64,000 bases of DNA from a virus: positions 870 to 64,869 of the IMG/VR virus record IMGVR_UViG_2630968591_000003, one strand, 5' to 3'. Positions 1-7,999 of the stretch are shown in pieces (within the stretch, counting starts at the first letter, position 1; each line of letters starts with the position of its first letter). The notes beneath the pieces were generated by a model. That model did not search any database. It was given only the letters and a program-made list of their open reading frames with translations, and was not told the origin of the DNA. The translations under genes and the position numbers were made by a program.

Positions 1-124
1 CTTCTGCCGCAGAAAGTCCCGCAGGGATGACCTTGGTTTTTCGGACACGCTTGCCTTCGATGACACGCTCGAACGTCCACCTGTAGCGCCTGCGGCCATT
101 TTTGGTAATGGTTTCGATTGGCAT
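1..124 (-). CDS. Probable integrase, N-terminal part only (runs off left edge)
   Basis: ATG at 124 gives MPIETITKNGRRRYRWTFERVIEGKRVRKTKVIPAGLSAAE, a basic arm-binding-like segment; sits at the end of the leftward early operon; catalytic domain not in window. Confidence 0.5.
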   Translation of the reverse strand, partial: MPIETITKNGRRRYRWTFERVIEGKRVRKTKVIPAGLSAAE

Positions 125-297
125 GATGCGAGGAACCTATAAAGCGAGTCAAGATCGTAGACGTAAGTTTTGTGACCGAGCCTGAAGCGCTGAATTATCG
201 AGCACGTCCGGTCGATGCGGCTGATGTTTGCGTACGGTACGCCAAGGATTGCGGCGGCCTCTTTCGCGCTTACGCGCTTTCCCGCGGCGATGCTCAT
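1..297 (-). CDS. Excisionase-like HTH protein (open to left edge)
   Basis: ATG at 297 overlaps the upstream stop (ATGA); MSIAAGKRVSAKEAAAILGVPYANISRID is a Xis/AlpA-like HTH; no stop before position 1. Confidence 0.5.
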   Translation of the reverse strand, partial: MSIAAGKRVSAKEAAAILGVPYANISRIDRTCSIIQRFRLGHKTYVYDLDSLYRFLASCQSKPLPKMAAGATGGRSSVSSKASVSEKPRSSLRDFLRQK

Positions 298-632
298 CTC
301 TCCTTCTCCCAATGTCTGCATGCTGGCGACCGAAACAATATGTCGCTGCCTGGACCCCCCGTCCAAACTGATCTCATGAGCGCACACTTCCGATACGTGC
401 CTGCAGTATTGCCACTCACCCTGACGGCATGCTCGCAACTCTTGCATGTCTCGCCCGCGGGGCCAGTTCCGGGCGGCGCCGCATACCCGTTCGGCCTTGT
501 CGGCTTGCGCACACCCTTCGCCTCGCTAACTTCTATCACGACCGTCTCGCCGAACAGATCGATAACCTCTCGTCGCTCCATGTCGAACTCCCTCGCGGTC
601 ACCCGCAATATTCGTTCAAGTGCTGCGGTCAT
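294..632 (-). CDS. Phage hypothetical protein with CxxC (possible Zn-binding)
   Basis: ORF from MTAALER; CKSC...C...C; ATGA overlaps at both ends. Confidence 0.6.
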   Translation of the reverse strand: MTAALERILRVTAREFDMERREVIDLFGETVVIEVSEAKGVRKPTRPNGYAAPPGTGPAGETCKSCEHAVRVSGNTAGTYRKCALMRSVWTGGPGSDILFRSPACRHWEKER

Positions 633-901
633 GCGTGGCGTCTGTCCGGAAACGGAATCTTCGCCCGGTGCGCCACGCTGGGACGATCCTGGCCGACGTC
701 TGCAAACTTGCAAATCGGGTATGTCCGACGAACTTCGGCAAGGTTGAATTCCACGTGCGGACACCCGACCCACTCGAACACCGCCTTTCGCAGCCGGTTC
801 CGATAAACCCTGACAATCCCTGTGTGGATCCAGTCGATCACTTGCTCACCCCAAACTGGTTCCTCGTACGCTTGGCAGAAAACAACGTAGCTGGTGCTCA
901 C
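629..901 (-). CDS. Phage hypothetical protein
   Basis: 90-aa ORF coupled to both neighbours by 4-nt overlaps. Confidence 0.55.
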   Translation of the reverse strand: MSTSYVVFCQAYEEPVWGEQVIDWIHTGIVRVYRNRLRKAVFEWVGCPHVEFNLAEVRRTYPICKFADVGQDRPSVAHRAKIPFPDRRHA

Positions 902-1410
902 GACTGCACTCCCGCCTGAGCGCTCGCAATTTCCACGAGCCTCGGATCAGCCCTCGTCAGCACGTCCAGAAGCAGACGCTTTTCCTCGAGGTACGTCACG
1001 GCGAACTTCGGATCGTGTTTCACGATGCTCGACGTGTTGCTGATCAGGTCGGCGCATTTGATCGTCTGCACCCATGCCGGCGCCGCTGCGAGCCGGGCCC
1101 GAGAGGCGGCCTTGCGCTCGGCACGGTTTCCAAATTCCAGATCGGAAAGCATCACGACGCCAGCAGCGACGATCTCGCCAAACTCGCTCCGCAAGTGCGC
1201 CGACGAAACACCCTGATCTTCGATGCAGTCGTGCAACCAGGCGACGGCTACCATCGTGCTTGGGTGGGTCTCTTCGTGGGGCCATCCAAGTGCCGCCACG
1301 ATCCCGGCGACCTCTGCCAGATGGTCGACGTACGGATTGCCGGTATATTTTCGGACCTGATTCTTATGCGCCTCCCGTGCGAACTGCATTGCCTTGAATG
1401 CGATGCTCAC
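898..1410 (-). CDS. HD-domain RelA/SpoT-type hydrolase (small alarmone hydrolase/Mesh1-like)
   Basis: GTG at 1410; motifs AHKNQVRK, PYVDHLAEV, AWLHDCIED, LSD, IKCADLISN; no synthetase domain. Confidence 0.85.
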   Translation of the reverse strand: MSIAFKAMQFAREAHKNQVRKYTGNPYVDHLAEVAGIVAALGWPHEETHPSTMVAVAWLHDCIEDQGVSSAHLRSEFGEIVAAGVVMLSDLEFGNRAERKAASRARLAAAPAWVQTIKCADLISNTSSIVKHDPKFAVTYLEEKRLLLDVLTRADPRLVEIASAQAGVQS

Positions 1411-1640
1411 AGTTTCACCTCCTCGTATTCGCTTTTCACCGAGCATTCGGTCGAGTGGTGCCGCTGCATAATGATCCGCACGCCGTGGCCTATGTCGATC
1501 GGTCGCCCGTTGGCTTCGATAAGCCGGCTGGAATAATGGGTTCCGCCGAGCTGGGCGACCAAGTTCTCCCAGAACTCGACATCCCACTTCAGAGCGTGCA
1601 GTTGATCGTGATTGATCTCTACCAATGTGCGGATACTCAT
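1407..1640 (-). CDS. Phage hypothetical protein
   Basis: ORF from MSIRTLVEINHD; overlaps HD gene start. Confidence 0.55.
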   Translation of the reverse strand: MSIRTLVEINHDQLHALKWDVEFWENLVAQLGGTHYSSRLIEANGRPIDIGHGVRIIMQRHHSTECSVKSEYEEVKL

Positions 1641-1720
1641 AAAAAATCCTGTTTTCATTTCGGATTAAATTTTTCCCGTTGCGCCCCTAAAGTTTAGGTT
1701 CGCGCCGCCGATACAGCGGC

Positions 1721-1918
1721 ATGGACAAATTCGAAGCTAGAGCCCTCTTCGATTCGGCGAGTGAAATGGCCGATGCGATAGTTACGGCGAAATATGGTTA
1801 CTGCGATCCCACCGATAAAGTGCACGGCGCCGCGTACGACAAAGCCTTTTATGGGCTACTGTCGGAGCACTTCAGTGATATGACGATTCCAGATCTGATG
1901 GCGTGGATTGGGTATTAA
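1721..1918 (+). CDS. Small hypothetical protein, antisense to early operon
   Basis: 65-aa ORF in a gap with no minus-strand gene. Confidence 0.5.
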   Translation: MDKFEARALFDSASEMADAIVTAKYGYCDPTDKVHGAAYDKAFYGLLSEHFSDMTIPDLMAWIGY

Positions 1919-2031
1919 GTAGATAAATTCCGGCGGGGCCAATGGAATGCGCGCGAACGTCTCTTACTGAACTGACTTCCGTGTCAGGCGGGGGTAAAGA
2001 TCGATTTCACGACCATCAATACCTGGCGCTC

Positions 2032-2307
2032 ATGCACCGCGACCTCACCATTGGCGATTACGTCGTAGCGATCCGCGCGGAGCTTAAGTGCCTCGTGAGT
2101 CCCGACGTAGTCACTGGCTATACCGTCAGCTTCTCGATCAGACGAATAGACGGCAATTTCCTGCCGGACAACGTTCTCGCCGAGACGTCGGAAGAAATCG
2201 CGCCCAAAAACCACTACTTCTCCTCCGTCAAGACCGCCCTCGATGCTGGCGAACAGGAGGCGCGAGTTCGCATCGGTGATATTGAAGCGCGCCGAGGGAT
2301 TAGCTAG
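2032..2307 (+). CDS. Small hypothetical protein, antisense to early operon
   Basis: Likely start MHRDLTIGDY; beta-rich N-part followed by helix ALDAGEQEARVRI. Confidence 0.55.
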   Translation: MHRDLTIGDYVVAIRAELKCLVSPDVVTGYTVSFSIRRIDGNFLPDNVLAETSEEIAPKNHYFSSVKTALDAGEQEARVRIGDIEARRGIS

Positions 2308-2363
2308 GGCTCAACCGGGTGCGCTCGCGCCGTCACGACCACGAATTCGGTTATGTGTTGCGT

Positions 2364-2375
2364 CATGCTAGGATT
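2364..2375 (+). promoter_or_regulatory. Putative extended -10 promoter (TG-c-TAGGAT) for 2402..2641
   Basis: CATGCTAGGATT, identical to 3145-3156; followed by AGGAG RBS. Confidence 0.45.
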
Positions 2376-2401
2376 CCTCATACAAAAACAAGGAGCCCGT
2401 C

Positions 2402-2641
2402 ATGGAATTTGAGTACAAGCGCGACAAGGGTGAGCGGCATACTTATCGAGTGTCGCTTCAGATAACGCGCGATCCCGATGATGGCAGCCTGGGCTATGTC
2501 GCCAAAGTGCATCGAGGAGAGGACTACCTTGGTGAATTGAAGCCCATTCGCCTTCGAGAAACGGACGTGGACGAGGCCTTCGCGGAGGCGCGCGCATTTG
2601 TGGTGCGCGACATTGACGACCTCGTCGGTATCCGTGAGTAG
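2402..2641 (+). CDS. Small hypothetical protein, antisense to early operon
   Basis: 79-aa ORF with AAGGAG RBS and candidate promoter. Confidence 0.65.
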   Translation: MEFEYKRDKGERHTYRVSLQITRDPDDGSLGYVAKVHRGEDYLGELKPIRLRETDVDEAFAEARAFVVRDIDDLVGIRE

Positions 2642-2643
2642 CA

Positions 2644-3147
2644 TTACGCACCTTCCTTATCCGTAGATGCTGCTTTGAATTCCATGAGCGGCTGATCGCC
2701 GCGCACATACAGCGGGTGCCGCGGCGCGCCGCTTTTCGTCGTGCCAAGGCAAGTCAATTGCGCGCCTGCGTGGCGCAACAGGTGGACAACGGCTGCGACG
2801 CGATCGGCGCGCGCATTCGCGCCCCAGGCACAGACGACGCGCCCATGCGTTACCGCGAGCTCATACAAGTGGTCGTCATTCTCCGGGCCGATAGGGTCGG
2901 CGTGCAGCCAAAGCCCCGCGGGGTCTGTTGAGCGTAGGGCATAGAGGTTCGCGACCGTGATTCCGTCCATACCCCACGCGGCGGCAAACGATCGGCAACG
3001 GCGTATCGTCGGGTCGTCGAGCGTCGCATCGGCTGTGCTGGGGTTCAGCATCAAGAACATGGCGTGCGGCTCGCCGGCAGTCATCAGGCAGCCTGGCCGA
3101 GACAGCGAGTATCGGTATTGACCACAGGGGCTGATGATTGCGCTCAT
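2644..3147 (-). CDS. DUF1643 family protein
   Basis: MSAIISPCGQYRYSL, FLMLNPSTADATLDDPTIRRC, VVCAWG, PRHPLY. Confidence 0.85.
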   Translation of the reverse strand: MSAIISPCGQYRYSLSRPGCLMTAGEPHAMFLMLNPSTADATLDDPTIRRCRSFAAAWGMDGITVANLYALRSTDPAGLWLHADPIGPENDDHLYELAVTHGRVVCAWGANARADRVAAVVHLLRHAGAQLTCLGTTKSGAPRHPLYVRGDQPLMEFKAASTDKEGA

Positions 3148-3156
3148 GCTAGGATT
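3145..3156 (+). promoter_or_regulatory. Putative extended -10 promoter overlapping the DUF1643 start codon, driving 3177..3491
   Basis: CATGCTAGGATT, identical to 2364-2375; followed by GGGAG RBS. Confidence 0.45.
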
Positions 3157-3176
3157 TCCCCAACCAGGGAGAAAAC

Positions 3177-3491
3177 ATGGCTGTGCACGCAATTACCGCA
3201 GTTAGGCTTGACGCCCATTCGCGAACGATCACACACGTGCTTTGGGGTCAGGTTTCCGTGAGAGGGGAGCAGTTTGAAGTCGCACCGCATGAGGCGCCTG
3301 TAGCTGCAGTCGTAGACGCGCTGGTCGACGGCGACACTGTCGTCACGGTCTTTCAGGTTGATGGACAGCGCGTTGCAGGGCCGGAGGTTAGGCCCGTCGT
3401 GCTCGAGAGTTTGAAAATGGGCATTGAAACCGTACCGGATCCGCATCCGCGGCGGACGCTCGCCAATCTTCCTCGGCTTGATCACGAATAG
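3177..3491 (+). CDS. Small hypothetical protein, antisense to early operon
   Basis: 104-aa ORF, GGGAG RBS, converges on the DUF4031 gene. Confidence 0.6.
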   Translation: MAVHAITAVRLDAHSRTITHVLWGQVSVRGEQFEVAPHEAPVAAVVDALVDGDTVVTVFQVDGQRVAGPEVRPVVLESLKMGIETVPDPHPRRTLANLPRLDHE

Positions 3492-3500
3492 AGCACCCAT

Positions 3501-3860
3501 CTACGCACCTTCCTTGTTAGCCAGCAAGTCCACGAGTTCTAGCCGGCGTTTGACTTTATATGCGGCGACCCATGCGCTCGCCGTCCATGGGTTCCCGAGC
3601 TCGCCAGTGATCTTGCGCCGCGTGCTCATCGCGCCGGCCTGTCGCCATGTGATTTCGACGGCGCCGGCGGCAATCGCGAGAGCTTTCTTGGTCAGCGCGA
3701 TGTCGTAGTGGCTCGAGTGCTTCGGCGGCGCCTGGTGCCACTTGCGCGCGACACCGATCTTGTCGGCCATCGCGTGCAATTCCTCGTCGGTGTCGGCCAG
3801 CATGTGACACATCTTCATGCGGCCGTACGCGGCGTTCATGTCGTCGACGTAGACCGTCAT
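3501..3860 (-). CDS. DUF4031 family protein
   Basis: MTVYVDDM...MCHMLADTDEELHAMADKIG...HYDI. Confidence 0.85.
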   Translation of the reverse strand: MTVYVDDMNAAYGRMKMCHMLADTDEELHAMADKIGVARKWHQAPPKHSSHYDIALTKKALAIAAGAVEITWRQAGAMSTRRKITGELGNPWTASAWVAAYKVKRRLELVDLLANKEGA

Positions 3861-4237
3861 TCCGCCACCCCCTTAGCCTGCAATGCCGCGTCAATAGCGG
3901 CGTGCTCGTTGATCTGGATTGCGTCAAGGGTCGCGTCGGCCTGTTGCTTCGTGTATCCGCTGTAGCTGACCCATTTCAGATACCGCTCCGCATCCAGCCG
4001 CATCGCATCTATGTCGGCGCTGTGCTGGGGGGCGGCGGCGGGCGCACGACTCTCGACAATCGATTCGACGAATTCGATAAGACCGGCGCGGTTCTCGTCT
4101 AGGTTGCTTCCCAATCCGCCGAACCGATGGCCCGGCGTGCTATCGATGTGATACGCGGACTGGCACGCGCTAACCCAATCAAGGATTTCCGTCTTTTCTT
4201 CTTCTGTCAGCGCTACCGGCTTCAGTTCTGTGCTCAT
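3857..4237 (-). CDS. Phage hypothetical protein
   Basis: 126-aa ORF, ATGA-coupled. Confidence 0.65.
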   Translation of the reverse strand: MSTELKPVALTEEEKTEILDWVSACQSAYHIDSTPGHRFGGLGSNLDENRAGLIEFVESIVESRAPAAAPQHSADIDAMRLDAERYLKWVSYSGYTKQQADATLDAIQINEHAAIDAALQAKGVAE

Positions 4238-4620
4238 CGCTGTGTCTCCTTTGCGTCACGCTTGGCGCGCATCTTTCCTTCCTCGATGCCTTCGAGGTAC
4301 GCTGCTTTCTCGCCCGGCGTGCGCGGCGTAAGTTCGTCGCTGTACTGGATGTGCGCCACCGCCTCCCCGCTGCTCTTGCCGCACTCGGCTTGCGTCGTCT
4401 TGCACTTCTCGCACAGTTGCACGCCTTCGTAATACGGGACGAACTTGTGGGCGCATTCGGCTTGCGCATCGCGAGTGGTGCGGCGGGCGGCTTGCCATCC
4501 CTCGCGGAAAGCCCATTTCCAAAACGGGTCGAGCCCTTGCCCGCGATCATTTCCGAGTGCATCTAACGCCGCCTCGCATTCCGCATCGTTTGGCGTCTTG
4601 TCGTTTGGATGTTGGTGCAT
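4234..4620 (-). CDS. Modular phage early protein (QAEC/GEAV connectors)
   Basis: 128-aa ORF; two QAEC and one GEAV motif shared with other early genes. Confidence 0.65.
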   Translation of the reverse strand: MHQHPNDKTPNDAECEAALDALGNDRGQGLDPFWKWAFREGWQAARRTTRDAQAECAHKFVPYYEGVQLCEKCKTTQAECGKSSGEAVAHIQYSDELTPRTPGEKAAYLEGIEEGKMRAKRDAKETQR

Positions 4621-5132
4621 TACGCCGCCCCCTTGTTCACTGCCTGTTCGATGGCACTACCGGGCAGTGTGTCCTTATAGAAGTTGATCGCCTTTGCAGC
4701 CAATTCGATCAATTGGCCTTCGAACGAATCGGCCGTTGTCGAATTCCACATCTCGACCACATCGTGCAAGTCCATCACGAACGGCTTCGCACGCGGGGCG
4801 CACTCGGCTTGCGGGGCGGTGTAGACGATGCGCACTTTGTCCGGGCAGTTCGTCAGGTTGTTGCGATAGCTGACCTCCGATTGGTCCCGCCAATCACCGC
4901 TCGCGAGCCGATACTGATACACCGCCTCACCCTTGCCGCCATCCGGCACGGCAGACGATATAGCGGCGCGGGCTTGCCACATGCGCCACGACATATCGTT
5001 GTTGGTGATCGCCTGCTCTGCGACTCGCTTCGCAATGTCGGTGTTCTCAATGATAGAAAGCTCGTTCATGAGCGCCGCAATGAACTGCTCACGCTCCGCT
5101 GCTACGTCTGCGCGGTCATTGGTATTGGTCAT
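4620..5132 (-). CDS. Modular phage early protein
   Basis: 170-aa ORF; GKGEAV, TAPQAECAPRA and AIEQA shared with 11791..12417. Confidence 0.7.
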   Translation of the reverse strand: MTNTNDRADVAAEREQFIAALMNELSIIENTDIAKRVAEQAITNNDMSWRMWQARAAISSAVPDGGKGEAVYQYRLASGDWRDQSEVSYRNNLTNCPDKVRIVYTAPQAECAPRAKPFVMDLHDVVEMWNSTTADSFEGQLIELAAKAINFYKDTLPGSAIEQAVNKGAA

Positions 5133-5146
5133 GGTGTCTGGTCCCG

Positions 5147-5521
5147 TTATTTGATGGTGATGTCAGGAACGATCACCGACGGCTTGAAGATCACCCTGTA
5201 GTGGTAGGCACTGACATTGGCCCCTTCAAGTTGCTCGACGAAGTACGTCACGTTGTCGGAGAGGCCCAGGAAGTGCTTTTTGAAACTGGACGGCCCCGTC
5301 TTGCAGGTGATCGACACTTCCCGGCTTTTGTCGGCGTTGCCGAGCGAGCACAGGCCTTCGATGCTCAACATGTAGTCGCCGGTGATGCCGTTGTAGAACA
5401 CGACTCGTCGATTGATCTCGAAGTTGTCGGCGGCCTTCGACAGGTTCCGTGACGCCACATCCGCATCATTGCAACCAGACAGGGATGCCAGCAGAGCAAC
5501 CAACAACACAGACTTTTTCAT
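5147..5521 (-). CDS. Conserved phage lipoprotein
   Basis: Signal peptide with lipobox LSGC; RRVVFYNGITG...GLSDNVTYFVEQ motif typical of a widespread phage family. Confidence 0.8.
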   Translation of the reverse strand: MKKSVLLVALLASLSGCNDADVASRNLSKAADNFEINRRVVFYNGITGDYMLSIEGLCSLGNADKSREVSITCKTGPSSFKKHFLGLSDNVTYFVEQLEGANVSAYHYRVIFKPSVIVPDITIK

Positions 5522-5724
5522 TTTTCATTCCTTTCGTAGGCGCATGAGAGCAGGATCGCCTTTTCAAGCTGACGCACGCGGCTTTCAAGGTCTTCGATTC
5601 GCTGCTCTAGACTGCGTTTTTGTTTAGCCGTGCAAGACCCGAGGCAACGGCTGCTGGTGAAACAATCTCCGCTTGCGACCGTGCAGTGCGAGTGCGGGTA
5701 GAACTCTCCGTTATGTTTAGGCAT
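5518..5724 (-). CDS. Small Cys-rich/coiled-coil hypothetical protein
   Basis: 68-aa ORF, four Cys then LEQRIEDLESRVRQLE. Confidence 0.55.
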   Translation of the reverse strand: MPKHNGEFYPHSHCTVASGDCFTSSRCLGSCTAKQKRSLEQRIEDLESRVRQLEKAILLSCAYERNEK

Positions 5725-5768
5725 GGGGTAGGTGCGTGAGAGCGGCGGTCTTGGCGGGGGTCATGCGT

Positions 5769-6062
5769 CTAGATCCGACGCCCGCGAGTGCCGCGATGCT
5801 CGTTGATCGCCATCTTGCGAACGATCTCCGATTCAAGATCGATCTCTTGCCACTTGGCGAGATCGGCCACGCGCAGGATGATGTCTGCGAGTTCCTCGCC
5901 GAACGCGTCGGTCGGCTTATCGCCTCGGCACTCGTTGACGGCCTCGCCGACCTCGGACGCGATCAACGCGAGTGCTTCGAGCACGGTCTTGTTATGCCAG
6001 CCCATGCGCTCAACCCAGTCGTACTGTCGGTCGCACATTTCGCCAATCGTCAATTCGCTCAT
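5769..6062 (-). CDS. mazG: MazG-like nucleoside-triphosphate pyrophosphohydrolase
   Basis: LIASEVGEAVNE...GEELADIILRVADLA...KMAIN (EXXE..EXXD pattern). Confidence 0.85.
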   Translation of the reverse strand: MSELTIGEMCDRQYDWVERMGWHNKTVLEALALIASEVGEAVNECRGDKPTDAFGEELADIILRVADLAKWQEIDLESEIVRKMAINEHRGTRGRRI

Positions 6063-6067
6063 GTTCA

Positions 6068-6098
6068 TCTCTCTATCGTGTCCGGCGCTGTGCGCCAT
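6068..6098. repeat. 31-bp direct repeat, copy 1
   Basis: tctctctatcgtgtccggcgctgtgcgccat; 30/31 identical to 6720-6750. Confidence 0.95.
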
Positions 6099-6715
6099 CA
6101 AAGCTTCTTGAATTCAACGACCCATACCCACGGGTCGGACGCCCACGATTCGTTGCCGTTGATCGACGTCCACAGGCGGACGAAGCGCTCGCGTGCGTAG
6201 CCCGGGATGCTCGTGTTCGTGCGATCCACGCCTTCGGCAAGTGCGTCAGCATCTGTTATGTCGTGCAGGCGCTCGACGCGCACGCTGGTCACTTCAAGCG
6301 TGATGCGCGACGCATAGCGCGGCATGTGGATGGACGGCCTCCACTTTCCATCGATGGTCGACTCGGTCGCATAGCCGGCGGCATAGGCGAATGGGCCATC
6401 CTCGTCACGCGTGGCGCCGATAGCGGCGGGAGCGTGGTTCCACGTCTCGCGGACCCAAAGGCTATCTCCGGGCATGCCGTAGGGGCAGGGGATCAGGTCT
6501 ATCTCCGGGAAGTCGGTGCCGATGCCCCGACGCACGAAAACGCCAAATCGGCCTTTCTTCGGGTGGGGCGAGGAGATCCGCCCGAAGAAAGGCGGGACTT
6601 CGAACGCCCAGCCATCTGAGGGTTGTTGCGCAATCACGCGCCTCGTCTGTGTCTTACTGCCGTCTAGCAGCGCGCGCACCATCGGGCCGCTGAAGAGGAT
6701 CGGTCGTTCGCTCAT
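6098..6715 (-). CDS. ASCH/PUA-like phage protein
   Basis: MSERPILFSGPMVRALLDGSKTQTRR...WRPSIHMPRYASRITLEVTSVRVERLHDIT...DPWVWVVEF. Confidence 0.8.
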   Translation of the reverse strand: MSERPILFSGPMVRALLDGSKTQTRRVIAQQPSDGWAFEVPPFFGRISSPHPKKGRFGVFVRRGIGTDFPEIDLIPCPYGMPGDSLWVRETWNHAPAAIGATRDEDGPFAYAAGYATESTIDGKWRPSIHMPRYASRITLEVTSVRVERLHDITDADALAEGVDRTNTSIPGYARERFVRLWTSINGNESWASDPWVWVVEFKKL

Positions 6716-6719
6716 GATT

Positions 6720-6750
6720 TCTCTCTATCGTGTCCGGTGCTGTGCGCCAT
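6720..6750. repeat. 31-bp direct repeat, copy 2
   Basis: tctctctatcgtgtccggtgctgtgcgccat. Confidence 0.95.
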
Positions 6751-7139
6751 TAGTCGGCGGTTGCCTTCACGGCGCGTTTGCCGCGCCAGCGCCATCCGGG
6801 TGCGATCGCCTTCGTGCTCATGCGCTGCCAGCGCTGGTCGCGAGTCATCGGTTCGACCTCGTCCGGATCGCCGCCAAAGTTCTCGGGAACGATGAACGCC
6901 CAGTAGTGGACATCGATCCAGATTGACCGGGGGCATTCCTCAGTCCACTCGGGCTCGTAATACCCGCTCATGTAACCGAAGACGGGCGAGCCCTTGATGT
7001 CGACGTTGTTCGGATGCTCCTTGCGCGGGCAGGTGCGTACATCGTCGTCAAGATCGGCTTCAGTCCAGCCCGAGGTGCCATGCGATCGCAACAGTTCAAT
7101 CGCGCGCTTTGCCTGCTTTTTGTAGATCCGTCCGTTCAT
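6750..7139 (-). CDS. Phage hypothetical protein
   Basis: Likely start MNGRIYKKQAKRA within the longer track ORF. Confidence 0.6.
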   Translation of the reverse strand: MNGRIYKKQAKRAIELLRSHGTSGWTEADLDDDVRTCPRKEHPNNVDIKGSPVFGYMSGYYEPEWTEECPRSIWIDVHYWAFIVPENFGGDPDEVEPMTRDQRWQRMSTKAIAPGWRWRGKRAVKATAD

Positions 7140-7218
7140 GAAATTCTCGTTATTCAGTGAATCACCAAAGACAAAGCAAACACCGCTGCGATTACAGCAA
7201 GCACGATGTCGGAGCTGG

Positions 7219-7869
7219 TCACGCGGGTTGTTCGGTCGGAACGCGCGCAGCGTCGTACTGGCGGATGGCCCATGCGATCGCGTACAGGTTCCAGAGGAAG
7301 TGGAATGTGTACTCGTTGCAGTTCCATTCCCAGCAGTCTTCGAACAGGCGCGGGAAGTCCTTCGACTCGAAATCATGCATGTGTCTGAACGCTTCGCCGC
7401 CGTGTCCGTCTTCGACGTAATCGAAGATCTCGTCATTGATCTCCTGCCAGAGATCAGCGCGCTGCTCTGCTGTCGTCTCGTAGCCCTCGAGACAGCTATC
7501 AACCCGGTCCTTCACCCGAGCCTTGAATTGCGATGCAGAGAACCGCTCAGCTGCACCCTTGCCGTATCCGTCGCAGCTGACAGCCTGGAGCTTTTCAGCC
7601 CAATATCCCTCGTTGACGTACAGCTTCTTCGGGTCATTGCCGCGATCAGTCCGGAAGAACTGAAACATATCGGTCAGGCGCGAAAACACATACGTCCCGC
7701 AGTCGCCACGAATGCAGAGCGCACCGGGCCACGTCAAAATCTCGAACCAGTAGCTGCTGTCGCCGTCCGCTGCGCGGAACTTGATGTGCCGATCGACACC
7801 GTCGTCACGGACAACGGTCATCTTGTGGTTGGCGACGTCGCGTTCGAATCGTTTTTGATCACAGGTCAT
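7219..7869 (-). CDS. Conserved phage hypothetical protein
   Basis: Likely start MTCDQKRF; YWFEILTWPGALCIRGDCGTYVFSRL motif. Confidence 0.75.
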   Translation of the reverse strand: MTCDQKRFERDVANHKMTVVRDDGVDRHIKFRAADGDSSYWFEILTWPGALCIRGDCGTYVFSRLTDMFQFFRTDRGNDPKKLYVNEGYWAEKLQAVSCDGYGKGAAERFSASQFKARVKDRVDSCLEGYETTAEQRADLWQEINDEIFDYVEDGHGGEAFRHMHDFESKDFPRLFEDCWEWNCNEYTFHFLWNLYAIAWAIRQYDAARVPTEQPA

Positions 7870-7999
7870 GCTGTTCTCCGAATAAGTGCCGGATATAAGC
7901 GCCGGCGCGCTCTCCACTGTTTGGGGCGCCCACCATCCAGCACGTCGGAGAACACGCGATTTCGCCAATTCCTATTGGCTGGTGGGGGCGCTTGAAGGG

